Virus record (IMG/VR): IMGVR_UViG_3300023105_000125
Coordinates: 1 to 30,000 of that record
From: a virus
Lineage: Duplodnaviria; Caudoviricetes
Strand: one strand, 5' to 3'
Length of the DNA: 30,000 nt
In this document: one piece after another, positions 1 to 7,425 of the stretch
How positions within the stretch are numbered: position 1 is the first letter of the stretch
How the letters are laid out: every line of letters starts with the position of its first letter
Translations under genes and position numbers: made by a program
Notes under the pieces: generated by a model
Told to the model about the DNA's origin: nothing
What the model saw: only the letters and a program-made list of their open reading frames with translations
Databases searched by the model: none

Positions 1-396
1 AGCGGTCTTGCCGTAGCCATAGACCTTTACTCCCTCGGACTCAAGACCGCGAACAACCACGGGTGAGAAGTAGCGAGTGCGAACAAAGAGGGACTTTGCA
101 AGCTTCTTGGTCTCCTCGTCGTTGTTCTCGGTTCCATCACGCCACAACTGTGAAGCAAACTCGCAGATTGGGCAAGCCTCACCGAAGTTGCGCTTTGGAC
201 ACATAACACCAGCGCGGTGTCCTTCAATGTTGTAGTGGAAGAAGACTTCCTTTAGCGGATCTCCATCCGCAGTTGGGACAATTCGGATGTCCGTGTCACC
301 CTCGTCTGGCTTGAACCAGACAGAGGTCTTGTCGCTAGTTCCTTCTCCACGAAGTGCGGCTAGCTTCTTCCGCATTAGTTCCATGTTAATTCCCAT
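1..396 (-). CDS. gp32: T4 gp32-like single-stranded DNA-binding protein (N-terminal 132 codons; runs off the window start; absent from the supplied ORF track)
   Basis: Translated by hand from ATG at 396 (AAGGAGA SD just upstream): MGINMELMRKKLAALRGEGTSDKTSVWFKPDEGDTDIRIVP...FFHYNIEGHRAGVMCPKRNFGEACPICEF...RYFSPVVVRG...GVKVYGYGKTA. It shows the gp32 IRxxP motif, the H...C...CPxC zinc site and the G-V-K-x-(Y/W)-x-(Y/F)-G-K motif. No stop codon before position 1. Confidence 0.88.
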   Translation of the reverse strand, partial: MGINMELMRKKLAALRGEGTSDKTSVWFKPDEGDTDIRIVPTADGDPLKEVFFHYNIEGHRAGVMCPKRNFGEACPICEFASQLWRDGTENNDEETKKLAKSLFVRTRYFSPVVVRGLESEGVKVYGYGKTA

Positions 397-423
397 AATA
401 ATCTCCTTGTGTTGGGCTATAGT

Positions 424-444
424 ATGATGAGCGTTCCTCACCAT
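424..444 (-). promoter_or_regulatory. Stem-loop in the 5' leader of the SSB gene
   Basis: Minus strand ATGGTGAG-GAACG-CTCATCAT: 8-bp stem with one G-U pair, just after the P2 -10 box. No U-tract follows. Confidence 0.45.
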
Positions 445-447
445 CTG

Positions 448-476
448 AATGTAACACGCTCTCCAAGTCCTGTCAA
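448..476 (-). promoter_or_regulatory. Sigma70-type promoter P2 upstream of the SSB gene
   Basis: Minus strand TTGACA (476-471), 17-nt spacer, TACATT (453-448), with an extended -10 TGn. Confidence 0.8.
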
Positions 477-524
477 GCGTATTTTCTTGGGGTATGTCTG
501 AGAGCTTCCCCTTGCTCAAGTTAT

Positions 525-553
525 AAAGTAACGTGATCAGCCTGTGCTGTCAA
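525..553 (-). promoter_or_regulatory. Sigma70-type promoter P1 upstream of the SSB gene; the -35 box overlaps the tubulin-like gene stop codon
   Basis: Minus strand TTGACA (553-548), 17-nt spacer, TACTTT (530-525). Confidence 0.72.
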
Positions 554-1401
554 GTGGTTTTTTGTCCTTGAATGAAGTTTGTGTGAGCCACGCAGAATCC
601 GAAGTCGCTTTCGTAGGGTGACTCGTAGATTCCATAAGTCACATTTTTGAATGCGTTTCGGGGTTTGTTTTTTAGGCTCTCGACCACTCGGGAATGGAGT
701 TTTCCATCCGTTTCCAAGCGGCTACTGGCTATACATAAATAGTACGCTACGTCGCGATCTTCCTCTAATTTGTAATACCAATTTTCACTTAATTTGTCTA
801 TCGAAACCATGCCTACAGAGCGGATTCTCTGCACTTCTGAAGGCTTCGTCAAGTTGCCTACGATCGGGGTTGTGTGATCAAACACATTGAGGTAGTGAAC
901 AGCGTAATAAATGCTCTTGTTAATAGCCTCAAAGTATTTTTTTATTGGGATCTCGCCTATTGTCTTCTCAATTGCTGGATTGGAGAAGATAGTGAAACTA
1001 TTAAACAATCCAGAGCGGGCATACTCCTGTAGAATGCCGAAAATTGCTCTCTCTTGCAGCCGTAACTCTCCAATCAGTAGGTCTACGTCCGGTCTAATGT
1101 AGAAAATGTCTATCTTCTTGTCTCTTATCTGCTGTAGAATAGCAAGTGTGTAGTTTGCTGAGAATGATGACCCGCAAAGAAACACTTGAACCCTGTCTTG
1201 TATCGCTTCTTTCGTCTTATAAGAGGATAGTGTAGGTGCCTCTTCCTCACAATCCTCTGCTTTTGCTACTCTTGGTAGCTTTCTGGTGTACTTTGTGTTC
1301 TCCTGACCTTCCGAGAACAAAAAACAATTATATTCTTTATGATCCTCAAACAGAGAGACCACATTACAGCCTGCTTCGCCTATGCCTATCAGCGAAATCA
1401 T
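550..1401 (-). CDS. Tubulin/FtsZ-superfamily protein, divergent (GGGTG[S/T]G signature degenerate)
   Basis: N-terminal ISLIGIGEAGCNVV matches the FtsZ/tubulin T1 loop (IxVIGVGGxGxNxV). VFLCGSSFSAN, IFYIRPD, NSFTIFSN and FEAINKSI fall in the order of FtsZ VFITAGMGGGTGTG, VVTKPF, DSLIVIPN and FxxANxxL. ATGA overlap with the upstream polymerase gene. Confidence 0.72.
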   Translation of the reverse strand: MISLIGIGEAGCNVVSLFEDHKEYNCFLFSEGQENTKYTRKLPRVAKAEDCEEEAPTLSSYKTKEAIQDRVQVFLCGSSFSANYTLAILQQIRDKKIDIFYIRPDVDLLIGELRLQERAIFGILQEYARSGLFNSFTIFSNPAIEKTIGEIPIKKYFEAINKSIYYAVHYLNVFDHTTPIVGNLTKPSEVQRIRSVGMVSIDKLSENWYYKLEEDRDVAYYLCIASSRLETDGKLHSRVVESLKNKPRNAFKNVTYGIYESPYESDFGFCVAHTNFIQGQKTT

Positions 1402-2588
1402 AATTTCAATTCCTTAAGTTTCCCATAGTTCTTTCCAGCCTTCACATTTGCCATAAAACTACCAAGTTTGTTGTTCTGGAAGATTTCTTTTAGTTGCGGA
1501 ACAAGGTGTTTGTCTTCGTCGTGTAGATCCAGAACGATTTCGTCGTGAACAATGAACGCAACGTGTGACTTTGTGCCTCTCAAAGCCTTATCCAACTCAA
1601 CAGCGCGGTCAAGTGTGAGATCTGCTGTCGTGCTCTGAATGAGATAGTTGAACGCTCGTCTCTCATCCACCTCAATCTCCCTCCCAAATGGAGTAGTAAC
1701 CTTATTATCCTTGTAACTCTCGTTCAGAACCTTGTCTCGGTTGTAGACGGAACCATTGAGAGACATGTCGTTGTTGTTGTAGAACGCCGAGAAGAACATT
1801 ACCTTGGCTTCGTCACGATCGACAGGTGTGCTAGCATAAAGATGCCGCATGTTCCAGTGGTGAATGTCTTCCTGTGGCTGCTGGTGTCCAGACAGAGCCA
1901 AGAATGTTCGGATCTCCGCTCCATTGTAGTCAAGAGAGACAAACCAGTCGTTTGTTGGCTTGATTAGTTCTCGGAACTTGGACTTCAAGGTAAGGATTGG
2001 ATTGCTTGTTCTATTGGTCGTCAGACGCCCTGTAACCGTTCCAAAAAGGTTATAGTCAACGTAGGGTGACTTACGATTTATGAGCATTTTGATGTCTTCT
2101 CGGTCGCTTGTCGTAGTCATTAGATGGCGGCAGCCATCGGCGTTGATCTTGAGACGCTGATAGCGGATCTTGTGAAGCAATTTGTAGATACGATCAAGAT
2201 GATCGTAGTTCGCTGGTTTCTCATAAGTGTCGAAGACGTGTTGGGTAATCTTGTTACGAATCTCGCAGAACTCCATCAAGAAATCTGATGGGACGAGATC
2301 AAAGAAGCAGTTATCATGCAGATTGATTTTAGCAATCTGAAATGATTTCAGGTATGCCTTGAAAGTCTTCTGTATTTCTGTCAACTCTCCCTTTAAATAC
2401 TCAGGGCAGGCACTTTGGAGGTTATTACCTCCAGTATAAAGCCAAGCATATTCAATTCTGTCGTCCTGAACAGAGCCAGTGTACTTCCAAGTCTTGGTCA
2501 GTCCGCTAGGGATGCTGTCGAAATGAAGTTTTCCGTCAACATAAACACCGACACATTCTGACTTGTCGTCAAGTGTCTGGAAAATCAT
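1398..2588 (-). CDS. polA: Compact family A DNA polymerase (polymerase core; no recognisable exonuclease domains)
   Basis: TVTGRLT, motif A SLDYNGAEIR, DIH, motif B RDEAKVMFFSAFY, AFNYLIQSTTAD and motif C IVHDEIVLD occur in the canonical Pol A order. GAGAGGA SD before ATG 2588. Confidence 0.85.
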   Translation of the reverse strand: MIFQTLDDKSECVGVYVDGKLHFDSIPSGLTKTWKYTGSVQDDRIEYAWLYTGGNNLQSACPEYLKGELTEIQKTFKAYLKSFQIAKINLHDNCFFDLVPSDFLMEFCEIRNKITQHVFDTYEKPANYDHLDRIYKLLHKIRYQRLKINADGCRHLMTTTSDREDIKMLINRKSPYVDYNLFGTVTGRLTTNRTSNPILTLKSKFRELIKPTNDWFVSLDYNGAEIRTFLALSGHQQPQEDIHHWNMRHLYASTPVDRDEAKVMFFSAFYNNNDMSLNGSVYNRDKVLNESYKDNKVTTPFGREIEVDERRAFNYLIQSTTADLTLDRAVELDKALRGTKSHVAFIVHDEIVLDLHDEDKHLVPQLKEIFQNNKLGSFMANVKAGKNYGKLKELKL

Positions 2589-3778
2589 GTGTCCTCTCGT
2601 AGTCTTTGTGCCTTAACAACATAACTCAAGGATCCTCGGTAGTCAAATGGTTGAGAGATAAAAATCTCAAACTGCCTTAGTGCTTCTCGTATATTTTTAG
2701 CACTTGACAAATTTACCACATCGGTTATAATCTGATCTTGAGTGGCTTGAAGGTGTTTTGTTTCTTCTTCTAAAAATCTTAATTTACAATATAATTTAAT
2801 AAAATAACTTTCATTATATAAATTATTAATTTGATCTATTGTATAATTTTTAGGATTAGTAATTTTAGCACCTCCAGAACACTCATCATAACTCATTGTT
2901 GAATAAGATAAGGAATTATATAATGCTAATAATTGTTGCTTGAAAGTTTGATAGTAGTTATATTCAGTTCGTGTGTAAGCAAAAGTAATGATTTCATCAG
3001 TTGAGTTATAACCATAGGTTGCTGCATAGGCTTGCATTGCCTCTGAGTCTAAGTCAGCAACTATTCTCCAAGGAGCCAACATATCTACCATAAAACCAAA
3101 AGAATTACAAGCATTTAGATAATACTCAAAGTTTGGAGAGTTTATAAATGCGTCTATTTTTTGTTGATCGTTCTCGTAAGATAAATCTGCTATCTCAATT
3201 GTGATACCATTTGTCAACATAGGATTAAATTTACTTTTCATAAATCCTGTTTTTGTCAAAGGATAATGTGATAAAGAATTATTACAGAAACTTTCTACAA
3301 AATTAATAAATGTTTCAAAGTCGTAAATTTCAAAATTTCTTTGATTTCTAAAAGTCGTCATGCCCTGAATAAGTTGCGCAACATATTGAGAATAGGCTGT
3401 ATCATGTGTCTGGTAAGCATCAAATGCCTTTAAGTTTGTCAGATATGGATCATTAAGCCTAATACTTCGTATTTGTGTTGCTTTTTTAAACTGCCTACTT
3501 AAATCAAAAAAAGCATCGTGTACAAATCCCATGACTCTTAAGTTAGAACTAGCGCCATCTGTGTTTGCAATTCTTTTAAATACAGTTAAGGAATCTCTTG
3601 CTTGCATAGATACAAAATTTCTATTTACTTTTCCATACATTAATTTTTCAGCAAAGTTGAAGTTAACTAAGCAAGAGTAATTTTGAGATATATCAAAAAG
3701 AGTATCTTTATAAATTACAGTTTTATCATACAAATTTCTTGTGCTTTCATTATTTGATTCTTTATAGAAAAAAGACAT
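2585..3778 (-). CDS. Hypothetical protein at the end of the baseplate module; possibly an inactive M15 (VanY-like) peptidase fold
   Basis: 397-aa ORF starting 3 nt after the hub gene stop. FVHDAFFDL, LKAFDAYQT, NGITIEIA and NACNSFGF...APWRIV echo the M15B pattern without its metal ligands. Confidence 0.5.
   Translation of the reverse strand: MSFFYKESNNESTRNLYDKTVIYKDTLFDISQNYSCLVNFNFAEKLMYGKVNRNFVSMQARDSLTVFKRIANTDGASSNLRVMGFVHDAFFDLSRQFKKATQIRSIRLNDPYLTNLKAFDAYQTHDTAYSQYVAQLIQGMTTFRNQRNFEIYDFETFINFVESFCNNSLSHYPLTKTGFMKSKFNPMLTNGITIEIADLSYENDQQKIDAFINSPNFEYYLNACNSFGFMVDMLAPWRIVADLDSEAMQAYAATYGYNSTDEIITFAYTRTEYNYYQTFKQQLLALYNSLSYSTMSYDECSGGAKITNPKNYTIDQINNLYNESYFIKLYCKLRFLEEETKHLQATQDQIITDVVNLSSAKNIREALRQFEIFISQPFDYRGSLSYVVKAQRLREDT
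2618..2646 (-). promoter_or_regulatory. Sigma70-type promoter for the polA-like gene, embedded in the 3' end of the upstream CDS
   Basis: Minus strand TTGACT (2646-2641), 17-nt spacer, TATGTT (2623-2618), about 30 nt before ATG 2588. Confidence 0.6.
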
Positions 3779-3781
3779 ATT

Positions 3782-6700
3782 TTATTCCGCCTCTGATGCT
3801 GTGGAAGGGTCACCTGTTGTTGCAGCAGTTGTAGCAGCCGGTGCTGCGGTTGTACCACCGGCTGCAGTTGATGGACTGATACCAGCAGAGAAAACTGTGC
3901 ATTTATTGACAGCCTCGGCGCCCACATCTTTACGCTTTGTTTTTATTTTGTTTTTCTCGTATGATCCATCTGCACTAGCCACCCATTGAGCAATAATTTG
4001 TGTATTGCCATCACCGGGCTTGATTGAATTAGTGCTTTTTATAACCATTAGATAGCCGCCAATGCCATACTTTGTTAAATCTTCATCTGCAGCGACTGTT
4101 GGATCAAAGCCCTTTGGTTCAATATAAATCATAGTACCGGGAAAAGTCTGAGGATTGAAAAAAGTATCTATACTTGCATTGTAAACTTCTCTCAACTGTG
4201 TTAAACCATCATAGCCTTCTTGCTCAAACCTTGTTGTTTTTAAGTACGGTGCATCTGTTCTAGAAAGAACAATGTTTTTGACAATCCCTTTATCCTCTCC
4301 TAAAGTGTAATGGAACACAGATCTATCTTCATCCACAGACCTAATTCCAGTGTAATCTTGTTCGGGTGAGGCTGACCCAGCATAAAATATATTGTAATTT
4401 ATCATATGTTCAATATCTAGTTGGTTTCTCGGATCGTTTTTTGGACCAGAAATTGCCAATATTGGATATGAATCCGCAGGATCTGCTTTTTTATGATCAA
4501 AATAGTTTTTTTCCATACCTTTATTTATAATAAGAGTTGTTAAATCATCTTTTGAACCGCTTACTGGTGGTAAAACATTGTAAGCAGTTACCACTGTATT
4601 ATTTAACTTGACTTTTTTATACTTTGTTGAGCTTGGGCACTTAGAGGAGTTCAAAAATGTCAACAAAAGTTCCATTATTAATTCATGTATAAACTTTGAA
4701 AACGGATAATTTGATAAGTTTCTTGTGTTTATTTTTGAATCTAGAAATGATAAAAAATAGTTAAGACTTATTGGGATATCCCCAAGCGAGCAATTGATTG
4801 GCTGTGCAGCAGTATTATTTAAAATTAAATTTAAAGGACCAAGCAAAATTCTAGCTTTTTCAAACTGAAGTTTTCTAGTAATGATAGTATTTTTTGATTT
4901 ATTAAAGGTTTCTCTTACACTTTCTATTACAGAATCTAATTTGCCGTCTCCACCCTGCTCTTTAATAAATTTAACATATTCAGATGTATCAAAAGTCTTG
5001 TTTTCTAAACTTTCGCTAATGTTATCCATTATTATTTCTAGTATGTCTCCAAGATAATAATATGTAAAAATTGAATCGCTACCTATAGGAGGCGCATCTG
5101 GCGTTGCAGGATTTGATCCATTTGTTTCAGGAGCAGGAGTAGGAGATCCTGAGGCTGCGGGGGCTGAGCCTTCCGAAGGTGTTACCGGAGGAGCAGGGGG
5201 AGGTGGAGGTCCATCTTCATACAAGTTGTATCCTGTGGGATTTTTGTACCACTTTATTAGCTCACTAGGAGGTATTGTAACAACTTTAGTTTTGCCTTTT
5301 TCTGTTAGGTTTTTGTGAATTGAAGCCAAAGATTCTCTTCTAGATTGAAGAACAAATTGCTCATCTGCTGCCGTAAAAGCCTTAAATTGTGGATTTGTCT
5401 GTAGAGTACACCCTAGTTGTGAGAAGTGATCTAAAAACAACATTCTTATTTGTTTTTCAATTCCCATAGAACCAAAAATATCGTATTCTTGAGTTCCAAA
5501 ATAATTTTCCATGTAGGCTTGGTAATCAATCGAAAAAGTCACTGCACCAGTATCATCAAAATCGAATGTATGATTCACAGCGTTTAAATACATACTAATT
5601 GAAGAATCATAAAGTGCGTCTTTTACCGTTTCACCTAAAGTTCTGATTGTTTCTTTTGAAGCTCCAGCACCCCAGCCAGTTACAACTTTAATTCTAAAAT
5701 TTATAAGGTCAGCATTTTTTCTTTCTTCTTCTGTCGTAACTTTAGCAGGATTTATTGTCCCTGTTTTTAATGCCAAATCAATATATCTAAATTTATTTCC
5801 GTTTCCATCATCTCTTTCTCGCAGTAAATCGGAGAAAGAAGTGGCATATAAAACCAGCTTCGCTGAAATTGATCTTTTAGCTCCGAAAGGACTGATTCCA
5901 TCATATACAAAATCAAAACTTTTCATACCAACACCAAGCCCACGACCGCCTTGTTGGTCTCCTCTTCTTGAAATAAAAGAATTTAAATCATTTGCCACAT
6001 TAGTGTCAAAATTTATTGGTATCTGCTGATCTAAGCCTTTATCAGTTGGTATTACTTTATATAATTTTATACCCGGAACTATTGCTGAAAGATCTTTTTC
6101 TCGTAAGCCAAATAAAGCCTTTTGGTTTTTACTAACTGCAAGTGAATTAATATAACCAAAACCAGAGCCTTTAGAACAAATTGGTCTGTTACCAGATTTT
6201 TCGATATATGGCAAAGGTAAGGCTTCGTCTGGTTCAAGTCTTTTATCTACCAAATCTTTTAATATTGAAGTTATGTAACACTGCTCAAAAAATACAACAT
6301 CTTCTGAAAGTCGCTGCACCTCTGAAGCATCTGCCTGTTGCTGATTTTTCTCTGCATCGGCACGAGCAGCTTCTGACATCTTCTTAACTGCTGCTGCATC
6401 TCCTGCGGCAGCTTTAGCAGCAGTACCGTATCCTGTTGAACGCCCCTCGGCAGCAAATGCTATCCGCTCTGTATCAGTGAGACTTGATGAAGGCTTTGGG
6501 GAACCCAGACTTTTTACTGCCATTACATATTCTGTGTTATATTGACCGTCTGAGTAATTTAAAAGAAAGTTCCTTCTAGTGATATAAATATCAAAAATTT
6601 CTTTGACAAGCTTGGTGCTAAAAGTAGGATTTTTTGATTCTGCTTGTTCAAATAACGAGACAACTTTAAGCTCCAAAGGAGTTGTTGGCTCCCCCATGCC

Positions 6701-7078
6701 ATCATTGGCAGCTATTTCAGCCCTTGCTTGAAACATTAAATTCTTAATTTCTTCATAGCCAGAACCAATACTTGGATTGTTGATGATTTTATTTATTTGT
6801 TCATTTAAGTCTTTAAGAGACAAGGCACTATCGGCAAGAATTAGATAAGATCTTTGTTTAGCAAATGGAGATATAACACCACCAGATTCCTCGTAGAGGT
6901 CCCAAAAATCATCAAAGCTGGGCTTTGTCTCATATCCCGATACTTTTAAATCTAATCCATCTACAAGACTTTCCCAATTTGCAGCTTCGTGTCGTTTTCT
7001 GAACTCTTCTTTAAACGCTTTCATGGCAGCAGTTCTATCTGTACTGCTTTCGCCAACAGTAAATACTTTATTCGACAT
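3782..7078 (-). CDS. Large baseplate hub-like protein (gp27/GpD-type C-terminus)
   Basis: About 1100-aa ORF after the gp53-like gene. C-terminal YNASIDTFFNPQTFPGTMIYI...GGYLMVIKSTNSIKPG...TQIIAQW resembles hub protein termini. ATG 7078 is preferred (GGAG SD); ATG 7096 is an alternative. Contains a Pro-rich linker near 5090-5215. Confidence 0.5.
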   Translation of the reverse strand: MSNKVFTVGESSTDRTAAMKAFKEEFRKRHEAANWESLVDGLDLKVSGYETKPSFDDFWDLYEESGGVISPFAKQRSYLILADSALSLKDLNEQINKIINNPSIGSGYEEIKNLMFQARAEIAANDGMGEPTTPLELKVVSLFEQAESKNPTFSTKLVKEIFDIYITRRNFLLNYSDGQYNTEYVMAVKSLGSPKPSSSLTDTERIAFAAEGRSTGYGTAAKAAAGDAAAVKKMSEAARADAEKNQQQADASEVQRLSEDVVFFEQCYITSILKDLVDKRLEPDEALPLPYIEKSGNRPICSKGSGFGYINSLAVSKNQKALFGLREKDLSAIVPGIKLYKVIPTDKGLDQQIPINFDTNVANDLNSFISRRGDQQGGRGLGVGMKSFDFVYDGISPFGAKRSISAKLVLYATSFSDLLRERDDGNGNKFRYIDLALKTGTINPAKVTTEEERKNADLINFRIKVVTGWGAGASKETIRTLGETVKDALYDSSISMYLNAVNHTFDFDDTGAVTFSIDYQAYMENYFGTQEYDIFGSMGIEKQIRMLFLDHFSQLGCTLQTNPQFKAFTAADEQFVLQSRRESLASIHKNLTEKGKTKVVTIPPSELIKWYKNPTGYNLYEDGPPPPPAPPVTPSEGSAPAASGSPTPAPETNGSNPATPDAPPIGSDSIFTYYYLGDILEIIMDNISESLENKTFDTSEYVKFIKEQGGDGKLDSVIESVRETFNKSKNTIITRKLQFEKARILLGPLNLILNNTAAQPINCSLGDIPISLNYFLSFLDSKINTRNLSNYPFSKFIHELIMELLLTFLNSSKCPSSTKYKKVKLNNTVVTAYNVLPPVSGSKDDLTTLIINKGMEKNYFDHKKADPADSYPILAISGPKNDPRNQLDIEHMINYNIFYAGSASPEQDYTGIRSVDEDRSVFHYTLGEDKGIVKNIVLSRTDAPYLKTTRFEQEGYDGLTQLREVYNASIDTFFNPQTFPGTMIYIEPKGFDPTVAADEDLTKYGIGGYLMVIKSTNSIKPGDGNTQIIAQWVASADGSYEKNKIKTKRKDVGAEAVNKCTVFSAGISPSTAAGGTTAAPAATTAATTGDPSTASEAE

Positions 7079-7421
7079 CTGAAGACTCCAAGACATCCAA
7101 AGCCGCGTTTAAATCAAGAGGAATATCTAGAAAATCTCCGGTATTGATAGACACTTCTGTAGGGTGCCCATTCCACCAAGCAATAACCCACCAATATCTT
7201 GCATCGCCGTAGTATTGATGAGCGAGTTTATAAAATCTATCACCATATGCCCATATATGACCAGCAGTATTTATATCCGCTCTTTCACTGATTGTTGGGT
7301 GTCTGAATATTGGCGTTGCAAGGTGGGTTATTTTCTTTACACCTCTGCGCTCAAACAACTCTTTGTAGTGTTCGATTTCATTGACGATAGTTGGTGTTGT
7401 TCTATTTCTTTTCCCAGCCAT
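7068..7421 (-). CDS. Baseplate wedge protein, gp53/LysM-like
   Basis: HIWAYGDRFYKLAHQYYGDARYWWVIAWWN...GDFLDIP is the LysM-type pattern of phage baseplate wedge proteins. Position in the baseplate cluster agrees. Confidence 0.8.
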   Translation of the reverse strand: MAGKRNRTTPTIVNEIEHYKELFERRGVKKITHLATPIFRHPTISERADINTAGHIWAYGDRFYKLAHQYYGDARYWWVIAWWNGHPTEVSINTGDFLDIPLDLNAALDVLESSDVE

Positions 7422-7425
7422 TGTG

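Noticed and set aside
27-227. 66-aa minus-strand ORF from the track
   Set aside because: Out-of-frame overlap with the gp32-like gene (1-396), which has clear family motifs and an SD.
550-1401. Calling the tubulin-like gene phuZ / a nucleus-forming jumbo phage
   Set aside because: The signature GTPase loops are degenerate, no chimallin-like gene is evident, and the structural genes are T4-like.
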